In this document: positions 38,496-51,418 of the stretch, in pieces
How positions within the stretch are numbered: the stretch's first letter is position 1
Layout of the letters: every line of letters starts with the position of its first letter
DNA from: Hypanus sabinus
Taxonomy: Eukaryota
Direction: 5' to 3'
DNA: 64,000 nucleotides
NCBI RefSeq assembly: GCF_030144855.1
Contig: NC_082730.1
Location: forward strand, 15,066,001-15,130,000
Notes under the pieces: generated by a model
What the model was told of the DNA's origin: nothing
Database searches by the model: none
Seen by the model: only the letters and a program-made list of their open reading frames with translations
Program-made: the position numbers and the translations under genes

Positions 38496-38816
38496 CGTCA
38501 GATACTTGTAGCTGCACATCAAACTCCAGAGTCTTGCCAGATGTTGCAATTCCACATCTGTAAACTCCTGTATCTTGAGGGACAAGATTCTCCATAGTAA
38601 CAGTAAATATTCCTTGGGATGTGTTATCTCTGATTGTCATTCTTCCAGGCTGTTCAGTTTGCCCATTTGTATTCACTAACGATGTGCACTGGTGACTCCT
38701 TATGCGGCAGAAATACTTTGTGTGTGAACGGTACATTGGTGCATAGTGACAATTGATTGTGATCGCTCTTCCCACAACTCCTCTTACTTTATCATCTGCC
38801 CATAAAGCACGCGAAA
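38496..38816 (-). CDS. Cassette B V-type Ig exon (CD300/pIgR-like), intact
   Basis: accacag|TT TCG...GAC G|gtagg, 321 nt; canonical Cys pair plus extra C-C' Cys pair (YFCRIRSHQC), DTGVYRC. Confidence 0.95.
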
Positions 38817-39362
38817 CTGTGGTAAAAGCTCTTCTGAAAATGGACAAGTAAAATAAAATTTACACAAGCAGATTAACCCTGGTTTGGAGAAATATTGTCT
38901 CATTTCATGGTATACATTTATATAGTTATATGACAATAAACTTGACTTGACTCGACTTGGTCCTAGGTTGGGACTCCCTGGCAGAGAAGGATATGGGATA
39001 AATAAATTTAAATGTGCTGAACCTAGATGAACATCTTGGTTGACTTTGACGAGTCAGGCTGATGGGGCAGCTGTTCTAACATATTACAAACATTTTATGA
39101 CTCAGAACGTGAGCTTCAACCACGATGCTTAAATGATTAAATATTTGGAAAAAGAAATTTACTTTTTATCTCAGGCGTCAAGCCTGTATTTTCATATACA
39201 AGAAAATCAGGAATACTCAGTTTCCAATACATCATTTCATCGACATTAATCCTGTCAAATATGTTTAACACCAGTTAAAGAGAAAACATATTTCTCTCCC
39301 AGCTGGCTCTATTTGAAAGCAGTTACAGTGAAACCACTTGCAGAGAGAATCTTATACTTTAC

Positions 39363-39420
39363 ATTTGAGGTGAAGTAGTTTTCTTCCTTTGTGCAGTATT
39401 TTCACAGAAAGGAACTGGCC
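39363..39420 (-). CDS. Cassette C stalk exon (RPVPFCENTAQRKKTTSPQ)
   Basis: cttttaacag|GG CCA...CAA AT|gtaaag, phase 1 to 2; exon and flanking introns align to gene A 12540-12840. Confidence 0.82.
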
Positions 39421-41027
39421 CTGTTAAAAGAAAATAAAATTTAATTTCATCTGCTTTGTATTTAGAGGAACAAAAGGGCACAATTGTTAGACCAATAGGT
39501 ACCTGAGCATGGTGGACCAAAGGTGATCAATACTTAATACACATTAAAATATTAAAGATGACTTTTTTTCGTTACATGTACATTAGATCACACAGTGAAA
39601 TGCATCGTTTACAATGACCATCACAGAATAAGTGCTGGGGGCAGCCTGCAAAAGTTCCATGCTTCCAGTGCCATAACAGCTTGCCTATGACTTACCAAAG
39701 CTAACCTGTGCGTCTCTGTAATGCTGGAGGAAAGCACGGCACCCGGAGAAAACTCAAGCAGTCTGGGAGAACTTACAAACAACCTGCAGACAGTGGCTGG
39801 AATTGGACCCTGATCACTGATCACTAATTGCTAGTCTACTGTGCACCCAATTACACTTACTGACGCCTTGCATTCTCTCCCATACTCAGAAACTGATGAT
39901 GTGGAAATGTATCTGGAGAAGTTAAAGGACCTGGAATGAGGAGACTGTAATTCTATCCAATTTTGGAAAGGTCCAGCAAAGGAGGTGGCCTCAGCCAGCA
40001 TGGGGAGATATCTTTCCAGGGCCTGATCACCCTCTGCAGAGGTGGTCATAGCTGTACTTGAGTATACAGGAGATAATGGTTCAAGTACACTTTTTGTCCA
40101 ACAGGATAATGCAGGGGACATTTTCAATGAAAAGGCAAGTCTTTTGTTCCCCATATCTCATGATCTGTCTACCTCTGAGAAAAATAACTCCCTTTCTTGA
40201 ATACAGGTTCAACACATTCTGGCAGAAGAGATGTTTCCTAATCCCAGTCTTAAGTGTCTCACCTTTCAGATAATTTCTAATCCTCCATGCTTTCTTACTT
40301 ACTGCCCATTACACCACTGGTGTTTAGCGCAGCAATGAAGGTTTTCTATCTCTGGCAGTGTTCAGGGCTTCCTTCATCATGTCAGTAGATTCCTCGTGGT
40401 CTTCCCTGCTGACAGTCATGCAAGTCCCAAATCTCTGATGTAGAAGGACTCTTCATTCCTGTTTCCATAACCATTTTGTTTTACCACTCAGGTTTATTAG
40501 TCCCGAGCTAAACCCCCGAACCTGGAGGAGTGGTGGATCACTCTGAGTCTGAACTCTACACTTTGACCTATTTAGGCATGGGTGACCCTACAAAGAGCCA
40601 AAGCATAAAGACCTCACTCCAGCCAACATAGATCTCCAGGTTATTGAGGCATGCTAGACTCCAAATCTAACAACAAGGTTGTGATCATCATTCTGGTCAG
40701 ATTCCATTGACTATCCTATATTCCCTGGTACTGGAAGTGTCCTAACTGCATTTGTATCAGCCTCGTAAAATATTGCAGGTTTCTCTGATCACCTTTTAGC
40801 CTGCTGAACAGCAGCAAATAAAAACCTGATCACCCAGTTCTCTGTTCTGTGTCACTCATGGCATCCCATGCTGATCAGTCTGCTGATCCTTTGCTAGCTT
40901 CCTTCCATAACAATAATACCTTTCATCAGACCAAAATTGTTGGTGGCATGAGAGTGAGGAAGAAGAGATTGTATGACTGATTTAAGTATGGGCCAGAAGG
41001 GAAAGGTTGGATATGGACCAAATTGAG

Positions 41028-44000
41028 TCACCAGGAGATGCTCATGGAGTGAGTACTGTTTTAGATTCGCTCCATAACCTTTACTTTTTTAACCTAAGGT
41101 CGATCACCCTTATTTAACTTATCTTTACCTACACCAGAAGATTTTTTGGACTTATTTGGACTTATCTTTAATACTGTGAATTTTGAAGAAATGAATATAG
41201 AAATGGCTTTAAGATCTAAAGGGCAAGACCCTGGGAAAGATTCTAATGGCAATGGATAAAAAAAAGGCTGATCCTAAGTGTACTGAATTGACTTATGATA
41301 CATTATTGGAGCTCTTTGAAGAACAACGACAAACTTTCAAAGAAGATTTAAAGGCTTTCCAGGATTCTCTGGATAAGATTGAGCATGAAGTTAAACAGCA
41401 TCAAACTCTAATCGCAATTCTGCAAGAGGATGCTCAGAAGCGAGACTTGAAAATCGAGAAACTGGAGCAGAAATCATCTTCGGCGATTAAGCAGTTGGAA
41501 ATACTTAAAGCCAAGAGTGTCGATTTTTAAAATCGATCTAGAAGACAGAACTTACGCATACTTGGTCTCCCGGAAGGTATCGAACAAGGGGACCCTCAAA
41601 GTATTTTGCTCAACTTTTAAAGGATGCGTTCCCTTCTGCATTCCCAGATAGTCCTCCATTACTTAATCGTGCCCATGCGCCGATCACCAAGTTTTTCAAC
41701 TAAACCACCTGTCGTAATTGTTCATTTTCATTATGTGCATGTTAAAGAGCACCTTATTCGTTTGGCTCAGCGTTTAGGATGGTTAAATTGAGAGAATTCC
41801 AATTCCGGCTTGTGGAGGATTTTAGCTGAGAAGTGATGAAAGCACAGCTTGCTTTTAAACCTTTGAGGTCTGAATGTTATGAGAAAGGCCTAAAACCAGC
41901 GCTTTTATACCCTGTGAAACTTAGAATCTTGCCTTAGGATGCACCACGGCGTGTTTTTCTCTTTACATCTGATGCTCAAAGCTTTCTGGATGAGAATTAT
42001 CTTACTGCTTCGGATTCTCGTCTCTAATAAATGTGTGGTTTTGATCGTTACAAGATAATTTTTGTTTCCAAAACCAGGTTCTGTTTCTGGCTATTGGTGT
42101 AGGTTTATTTTACATTTTGTATTCCAATTAAAGTTTTTCTTTATTGATGTACTAATCTTTTTAATTTACTTACGTTAACCATTGTATTTTATTTTTGGTC
42201 ATTATTATTAATCCTTTGAAGGTGAATTTTTTTAATGTTTTGATAGATATCTTTTTCATTTTTTGTGTAACTAAGATGGTGGTTTCTTTTCTAAAATATT
42301 TCTTGCTTTTTTTTTGATTTCGCCATTTTTTTGTCTTCTTCTTCCTATAATGCCTTTCTTATCACATCCTAACTTTTATTTGTTTGTGTTTTAACCCGAT
42401 TTATAAGTTACCAGCCTTCATATTCTTTTTGTTTTCTTTTTACTAGCAATTATATTAAGAAGTCTGTTTTAGCATAGTGTTAATTACTTTTTCGGATTTT
42501 GGGTGTATTTTTTTTCCTCCTTTATATATTTGGAGTTGCCTTCTGGAGACACAGGGGTAGCTTTTTTCTGACCTCCTTTAGGCGCATCAGGGTCTCTTTT
42601 TCATGGGTGGTGGGCGGGGGGTTCCTTTCTAATTCTTATGGTCTTTTTATTAGGTGTTCTAGTTTTTTCATTTGGGCCGATTTCAAACTACTAAAATGTC
42701 TGCTGTGTCGTCATTTCTGGGTCCTCCCCTTACTTTTGTTCCTCTTCCGGGTGCATGAGTTCATACTTTGGTTAACTCTTTATATACCAAAGGGTTGATT
42801 TTAGAAATACGGCTCAAACCATTAATTTTGTCTCTTGGAATACTAATGGCTTAAACCATCTGATTAAACAGAAAAAGATTTTTAAAGTATTCCAAAGACT
42901 GAATGCACATATTATTTTTGCACAAGAAACTCATATGAGGAAAGAGGATAATCAGCATTTTTTTAGGTTTTGGAGGGATTAACAGTTCCATTCGAATTTG
43001 AATGCCAAAGTAAAAGGAGTTACAATTTTTATTGACTCCTCTATTACATTTGTTCAACACGATATTATTTCAGATCCGAGTGGTAGATTTTTGTTAATTA
43101 CTGGGCTACATTTTAATAAGAAGATTGCTATGGTTAATGTTTATGCTCCAAATGTGGATTATCCTGATTTCTTTAAGTCTTTATTTACTTCTCTACCTAA
43201 TCTAAATGAATATATGTTAATAACAGGTGGTGACTCCAACTGCTATTTAAATCCTATGCTGGATAGATCTATATCCATTCAGAGTTTACCAAATAAGTCG
43301 GCCACTTACATAAATTCTTTTTTGACTGATAATGGAATTTTTGTTATTTGGAGATTTCTGCATCCTAAGGACAAAGAGTTTTCATTTTTCTCACATGTTT
43401 ATCATTCTTACTCGAGAATTGACTATTTTTTCATTGACTCTCGTTTTATTCCATCTGTAATTGGTTGTAATTATGACATTATAGCCATCTCTGATCATGC
43501 TCCAATAAAACCTTCTATTAAATTAATGGACACAGCTTCTAGTACTAAGCAATGGCGATTTGATTCTACCTTATTGCTAGATCCGGATTTTATTAAATTT
43601 ATGAAGGAACAGATTGATTTCTTCTTTTCAACTAATTCCACAGATGAAATTTCCTGTGGAACACTTTGGGACACTTTTAAAGCATATATAGGTGGACAGA
43701 TTATCTCCTATTTTGTTGGTTTGAGAAAACATATTAAGAAGGAAACTCTTTTATTGGTTGATAAGATTAAAGAAATTGATTGCTCCTAGTAAGGAGCTTT
43801 ACAAACAAAGGGTTGAGCTTCAAATGGAACACACTTTATTACTTACATCTTTGATTGAAAATCAATTAATGAAAACCAGAAGAGATATTTATATACATAA
43901 TGAAAATTGGGTAAACTGTTAGCTAATCAATTGAAGAATGCTTCGGTTAAACATCAAATTATTAAGATTCGTCAACAGAATGGTGAACTGACAATTAATC

Positions 44001-46992
44001 ATGATGAGATAAACAAATCTTTTCAAGAGTTTTATACCTCTCTGTATTATTCTGAATTTTGTCAAGATCATAATACCATGCGTGATTTTTTTGGGAATTT
44101 GAAATTTCCAAAATTATCATCAGAAAATCTTTTAATATTAGAAACTCCTGTTACAGATGCAGAAATTAAAGGTGTTAATTCCTCTATGAATTTGGGTAAA
44201 GCACCAGGTCCAGATGGGTATACAGTTGAATTTTTTTCCTCTACTCTTTCTCCTTCCTTGGTTTTCAAAGAAGCAATTAGACTAGGTGAATTACCACAAT
44301 CTTTTTACAGAGCTTCCATTTCTTTAATATTGAAAAAAGATAAAGACCCTACTGACTGTGCATCCTATAGACCAATATCCTTATTAAATGTAAATTCCAA
44401 GATCTTTTCTAAGTTACTGGCGACCAGGCTGGAGAAGGTATTACCTCAAATTATCTCGGAGGATCAAACTGGTTTTATGAAAAATCGCTATTCTTTTTTT
44501 CAATATTAGGAGATTATTGAATATTGTTTATACTCCTTCACGCAGTGCCTCAGAATGTGCCATTTCATTAGATGCGGAGAAAGCATTTGATAGAGTTGAA
44601 TGGCCATATTTATTTACTGTGCTTGAGAAGTTTAATTTTAGTCCGACATTTATATTGTGGATTAAATTGATATATCTTACACCAGTAGCCTCGGTTTTTA
44701 CTACCAATCAAAGATCTCCCTTTTTTCGTTTATTTCGGGGTACCAGGCAAGGCTGTCCTCTTAGTCCATTATTATTTGATATTGCTTTAGAACCTTTGGC
44801 AATTGCTATTAGAGAATCACCTAACATTTTTGGCATTACTCGCAGGATGGATATACACAAGTTATCATTATACGCAGATGACTTGTTATTATACATTTCT
44901 GATCCTGAGAAATCCATTCCTGCAGTTCTATCATTGTTGGCACAGTTTAGTAATTTTTCTGGGTATAAATTAAATCTTAATAAGAGTGAATTGTTCCCCT
45001 TAAATAGACAGGTTCCAATTTATGGAAATTTACCTTTTAAATTAGTTAATGACTTTTTTATATATACTTAGGGATTAAAATCACAAAAAGCACAAGGAGT
45101 TATTCAAGGTTAATTTTATTTACCCTTAATTGATCAGATTAAATGTTTGTTCACTAAATGGTCACCATTGTCTTCATCTCTGATAGGTCGGATTAATGCT
45201 ATTAAGATTATTATTTTACCCAAGTTCTTGTATATATTACAAGTGGTACCAATTTTTATTCCAAAATCCTTTTTTGACAATGTTGATCCAAAATTTCCTC
45301 ATGTATATGACAGAATAAAAATCCTAGATTTAGTAAAAGATATTTACAGAAGTCTAGGAAGGAAGGTGGATCGGCATTGTCTAATTTTAGATTTTATTAT
45401 TGGGCAGTAAATATTCGACATTTGAAACGTTGTTTGAAGGATTGGGATTTATCTCCTAGCCCTCATTGGGTAAATCTGGAAACTAAATCTGTACAAGAAT
45501 TTTCATTGGGTTCTATTTTAGGGACTTCTCTTCCACTTGCTCTTTCTAAATTACATAAACGAATTGACAATCCGATAGTCAAACATGCTTTACGTATATG
45601 GTTTCAATTCAGAAACTTTTTTGGGTTGAATCAATTTGTTTTAACTATTTCTATTGTATCCATTTTCTTTTTTCATCCCTCTATTATGGACCAAGCTTAT
45701 TCAGCTTGGAAGACTAAAGGCATACTACGATTTTCTGATTTATTTTTGGATAATTTTTTATGTCTTTTGAACAATTATCTAATAAATATAATTTGCCTAG
45801 TTCTCATTTTTTTAGATATTTACAGATTAGGAATTTTTTAAACACTGTACTTCCTACCTTTCCAAATCTTGATTCTTCAGGTATTTGAGAAATTGTTAAA
45901 ATTAAATCCTTTTCAGAAAGGTGTAATATCAAATGTTTACAATATAATTATAAAAATACATTCAGAGGCCTTTTATAAGATTAAAAATGATTGGGAAAGA
46001 GAACTTAACCTTACTATCCCTGTTGAAAATTGGGATAAAATTCTTCAATTAGTTAATTTATCCTCTATATGTGCTAAACATTCATTGATACAGTTTAAAG
46101 TTGTGCACAGGGCTCATATGTCCAAGGATAAATTGGCTCGTTTTTATTCCCATATAAATCCTATATGTGACAGATGTGATTCCGAGATAGCTTCTTTAAC
46201 TCATATGTTTTGGTCATGTCCACTTTTGAAAAAAGATTGGAAAGATTTTTTTGATATTATTTCCACGGTATTGAACATTGATTTACAACCTCATCCTATT
46301 ACTGCAATCTTTGGTTCACCAATGATGGAGTCAATTCATTTATCTTCTTCTGCTTGTTAGATGATTGCATTTCTTACATTAATGGCTAGAAGATCTATTT
46401 TGTTGAATTGGAAAGAAATTAATCCCCCACCATATTTCAGTGGTTTTCTCAAACTATGTTATGCCTAAATTTTGAAAAAATTAGAAGTGTCGTATATGAC
46501 CCTTCTATTAAATTTGAAAAGATTTGGAGGCCATTTATTTAATATTTTCACATGATGTAATTTGACCCTGTTCCAATCCTATTTGTTTTTCTGGTTTTGA
46601 TTTTATATATATATATGTTGAGAGGATGGGAGTTGGGGACACTGATGATTTTGTATCTTTTATAGATATTATAAACAGCTGATTTTTTTCTTCTTTTTCT
46701 TTTCTTTTTTTTCTCTTTATTAGTTAGTGATCAGTTTGTTAGATTAATTTTTCTTAGGGTAATAATTTTTTTCTCCTCTTCTCTTTTCTGTTTTTTCTCA
46801 ACATGATATAACTAGGTTTTTTTGTTTCGTTTATATGATATTTGTATCATTCATGATTTGGGAAGACTTAACTATATTGTGCTTATTGCTTGTGTATCCT
46901 TTTATGTTCATTTTAATTTTGTAAGTTTGTACTCTCACTATCTATGTATTAATCTTATCATGTTGATATTAATAAAAAGATTGAAAAAGAAA
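41028..46992 (+). mobile_element. Near full-length decayed L1 (ORF1 ~41190-42030, T-rich spacer, ORF2 ~42800-46560)
   Basis: 19-bp TSD GGATATGGACCAAATTGAG at 41009-41027 and 46993-47011; ORF1 coiled coil followed by RRQNLRILG; APE, RT (GTRQGCPLSP, YADD) and Cys-rich motifs; many stops and frameshifts. Confidence 0.95.
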
Positions 46993-47449
46993 GGATATGG
47001 ACCAAATTGAGGATAAAGTTGTCAAATTTTATAATGTGATCTGGAAAATGAACCAGTGTTCAGCCGCATTACACTGTACCAGCACAATCCTTCCACTTGA
47101 GTCCATCCCCCTTGCCTGAATTTGAAACATCTACCTCTTTTCTCGCTACCACCTTTGGGTAGGATGTACAGGGGTCCTGGACCCATTTTACTCACCTCAG
47201 CACTGAACTGACTCCCAGCTGTGGACTCACTTTCGGGGACTCTGCGACTCATGTTCCATGTATCATTTGCTTACATATTTTTATTATTTGCATCATTCAT
47301 CATCTTTTGCACATTGGATGCTTGTTACTATTCTTGTGTGTGGTTTGTTGTGGATTCTGTTGTGTTTCTTTGTTTTGTAGGTATCTGCAGGAAGATGAAT
47401 CTCTAGATTTTTTTATGGTATACATAGATTGGTAATAAATTTACTTTGA

Positions 47450-49530
47450 ACTTTGAACTGGGGAAGTGGCCAAGGTGATGGAGTTGAACTCAGACACTGT
47501 GAAGTGCTACATTTTGGGAAATTAAACAAACACAACTTACACAGTAGGGAACGAGGCGTGCAACTACATTGGTCCCTGAAAGTGGCAACACAGTTGGACA
47601 AAGTGGTGACCAAGGCAAATGCCATGCTTTCCTTCATTGAATGGGGCATTAAGTACAGTTGGGACGGCATTCTAGAGCTGTAAAGGACATTGACAAGACT
47701 TCACCTTGTCCAGAGGAAGAGTGTGATTAAATTAGAGAAGATACAGAAAACATCCACAAAGACATTGCTGGGACTGGAAGGTTTGGATCATGGGTAGGCT
47801 GGGACAGTTTTCCCTGAAATGAACTCTGCTGCGGGGTGACCTCACTTTAAAAATTAAGAGGAACAAAGGTATAGTGGATAATCACAGTCTTTATTGCAGA
47901 GCAGGGCCTTCAAATTATGGACAAGTTCATGTACAGGAAAGCTTTAGAAGAATGTGGACCAAATGTAGGGAAATGGGTGAAGCTCAGGAAGACACTGCAG
48001 TCAGCATGGACGATTTGGGCCAAAACACCTGTACCCATAACCTGTAACTCTCTGACTCTGCAGCATCCTCCCTAAACTGGATCACACTTCTGAAAGTTTA
48101 AATTCAGAATTCTATTTCATTGCAAATGTGTGACAGCTTATGGAGTCAGTCAATCAGATTACACTTCAAATTTCAAAGTTCAAAATTGAAGGTACATTGA
48201 TTATCGAAGTATGTATGCTACATACAAACTCGAGATTCATTTTCCTACAGACAGCCAAAAACAAAAAAATACCAAATAGAACCCATTAAAAAAAACTGTC
48301 AAAATGTGCAAACCATAAAAGTAAGCAAATTGCACTCAAAACTGAAATTCATGAAAATGAGTCACAGACACAAAGCTGGTCATCACTGCAGCCGATTTAG
48401 GAGCCAATAAATTGAAGGCCACAGGCTCAGTTCAGGACAGTTCAGTTCAGCCTTGCAGAGAATAAGTTGAACACTGGTATTTCCCTCACCAATGACAGGC
48501 ATAATTGTAGTGTTTTACAAGAGTTTTGAATGTTTATTATCGTGTTCAGAATCATGAAATGCAGCAGCCTTGTTTGTATCTGTAAATTCACTCTTTCTAG
48601 TCCTTTCAGTATTCGATAGGATTCAATGAAATAACTTTCCATCAAAGTCAAAGTAAAAATTTGTTATCAGTGTGCATACTTCTCACCACATATAACCCTG
48701 AGATTCTTTTTCTGCGGGCATACTTAGCAAATCTACAGAACAGTAACTGGAAACAGGATCAATGGAAAACAAACCATGCAAACTTTGACTTTGACTTTAT
48801 TGTCCCCAAACTTGGCCACAAAGCCATCAATACTGTCATCCAAATCACTGACATGAAATGTGAAAAGAAGCGGTTCCAACACAGACCACTGTGGAAAACC
48901 TTGAGTCAATGACATCCAAACAGAAAGGCACCATTTTGTTCATGCTGTATGCCTCCTGCCAGCCAGCCAATCTTCTAACCATTCTTGAATCTTTCCAGTA
49001 CCACTGTGGCTTCTTCTTTAGCAGCCTCCAGTATGGCATCTCATTAAAGGCCTTCTAGAACTCCAAGTAAACAATATCCACTGACTCTTTTGTCTATCCT
49101 GCCTGTAATTTCCTCAAAGAATCTTAACTGACTTTTCAGGCAAGATTTCCCCTGTATGAAACCATATTTAATCATATGCCTTAAAGTAACCAAAAACCTC
49201 ATCCTTGATAATGGACTCCAACATCTTCACAACTACTGAAGTCAGGCTAACTGGACTATAGTTCCCTTTCATTTGCCTTCCTCTATTGTTAAAGAGTGGA
49301 GGAACATTCCCAATTTTCCAGTCCTAGAAAACCATTCCAGAATCTAGTTATTCTTTGAAGAACACTTCTTATTCCTCTTTCAGAACGCTGGGGTGCAGTC
49401 TATCTGGTCCAGGCAACCTATTGACCTTCAGACCTTTCAGCTTCCCAAGCACCTTCTCCTTAGTAGTAGCAACTACACTCACTTCAGCCCCCTGACATTC
49501 TCGAGTTTCTTTCATACTGCTTGTGTCTTC
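47450..49530. mobile_element. Mixed decayed CR1 fragments and Rex-type tails
   Basis: CEVLHFG and GFPQWSVLEP remnants; boundaries approximate. Confidence 0.7.
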
Positions 49531-49829
49531 TTCAGTATCCTTCCTTTTGTTTATATGACAGTGTCACTGTCTCACAACTTGACATCCATTCTCACATCTT
49601 CAATTCAGAAGTCACAAGAGCAACTATGTTTGAGATGCTCCACATCTTCCAGAAGGAAGTGCCAGACTTAACTGTTCTCGGCACTTTATTTCTACCCCAT
49701 GGAGGCTGCAATGTGTAGCTTCTACAAATGCAAAGATATTCCTTACCCTCACTAAAAGTATAAGAGCAGCAGTAACAGAGTAACAAAAAGAAATATTTAA
49801 ATGAATCTTCCCTTGAAATTAGAACTTAC

Positions 49830-50150
49830 TGGTGCCATTGATTTCTGTCACATAACTGCAGATCTCTCTGTTGTTGAAGACCATCACTTTAACTATTCCA
49901 CTGGATCTTGCTCCAAGCTGATTCGAGGCACTGCAGTAATATTGATGGTGCTGGTGGATGAGGGATTGACAACGCAGAGCCAGTTCATTAGTATCTGAGA
50001 TCTTTTGATGCCCAGATGAGGTTTGTTCATACCATGTGTACTGAATGGGAAGGGATCCCTGGAAGGACTCACAGGAAAGTGACACAGAGCCCCCGAGACA
50101 TGAGACATTTGCCAGTGACAGATATCGAACCACAGGAAAAGACACAGGTT
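49830..50150 (-). CDS. Cassette C C2-type Ig exon, intact
   Basis: cttcccacag|AA CCT GTG...ACC A|gtaagt, 321 nt open. Confidence 0.93.
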
Positions 50151-50210
50151 CTGTGGGAAGGAATTCAACAATCAGACACTGAAGGAACATCTGAAAATCA
50201 AAGTCTTCTT

Positions 50211-50745
50211 CTGCCACTTTATTAGGTACACCTGTTCACCTAGTCATTAATGCAAGTATCTAATTAGTCAATTATGCGGCAGCAACACAGTCCATAAAAG
50301 TATGCAGACATAGGCAAGACATTCAGTTGTTGTTTCAGCAAAACATCAGAATGGGGAGGAAATGTGATCCTACTGACTTTGACAATGGAATAATAGTTGG
50401 TGCCAGATGGGGAGGTTTGAGTATCTCAGAAACTGTTGATCTCCTCGGATGTTCATGCACAACAGTCTCCAGAGTTTACACAGAATGGTGCAAAAACAAA
50501 AAGTGAGCAGCAATTCTGTGAGCAAAAATGCCCTCTTAATGAGAGAGGTCGGAGGAGAATGGCCAGACCGGTTCACCTGACAGAAAGATGACAGGAATTC
50601 AAATAACCATGCATTATGACGATGGCGTGCAAAAGAGCATCTGAACCTTGAAGTGAGTGGGTCACAGCAGCAGAAGACCAGGAATATACACTCAGTGGCC
50701 TATTTAATAGTTATGGGAGGCACCTAATAAAGTGGCCACTGAATG
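50211..50745 (+). mobile_element. Non-autonomous Tc1/mariner element
   Basis: TIRs GCCACTTTATTAGGTACACC / GGCACCTAATAAAGTGGCCACTG; transposase HTH remnant (IVGAR..GLSISETVDLLG). Confidence 0.85.
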
Positions 50746-51097
50746 CTTAAAGGCAGCAACTTGTGAGATATCCGTCACATGTTCAGTGGTTTTCATGAAA
50801 AAAATGACTTGCCGTAGAGAGGGAAACTTTTGACACGGATATTAACACAAAGGTAGTGAGGGATGGACAGGGTCTGGACAAAGATCTTGGAAACTGTGCT
50901 GAGGCTGAGCAGGAGGAGGAGTTTGCAGTTCTTCAGACACATCCACGAGATGGGCTTTTCTCCATTCTACAAGATTAACCCTGGGATCGGCAGGTCGTCA
51001 CTTCCCAAGACATCTAATGCTCTGACCCTTCCCAGAGGAAACATGGATGAGACGTTTATTTTACTGAAGGCACAAAGTCAGTCACTGAGAAACCTAC

Positions 51098-51418
51098 CTT
51101 CAGATACTTGTAGATGTAAATTAAATCTTGTATCAAAACCTGATTCTGAAATTCCACAGCTGTACCATCCTGTATCTCCAGAGCGAAGATCCTCTATAGT
51201 AACAGTAAATATTCCCCATTCCGGGTTATCTGTGATTGACATTCGTCCATTCTGTACATGTTGGCCATTTGTTTCCACTAAAACTGAACATAGTGGAGTC
51301 CATCCTTGGCACCAATACTTTGTGTCTGAGCTGTACATGGCGTCATAGTAACAATCGATTGTGATCGCTCTTCCCACAACTCCTCTTACATATTTCTCTG
51401 CCCACAATGCACCTGAAA
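51098..51418 (-). CDS. Cassette C V-type Ig exon (CD300/pIgR-like), intact
   Basis: ccctcag|TT TCA GGT...GAA G|gtagg, 321 nt; YWCQGWTPLC and DTGWYSC. Confidence 0.95.

Noticed and set aside
42499-42798. Hydrophobic 99-aa ORF resembling a membrane protein
   Set aside because: Lies in the T-rich L1 spacer; compositional artefact
49747-49751. 5-nt microexon-like ttttag|TGAGG|gtaagg 78 nt after C2-C
   Set aside because: Not present at the equivalent position in A or B, and it would break the phase chain
38496-51418. Multiple V exons as rearranging antigen-receptor segments
   Set aside because: Each V exon includes its own G-strand and a GT donor, and I saw no heptamer-spacer-nonamer signals adjoining them
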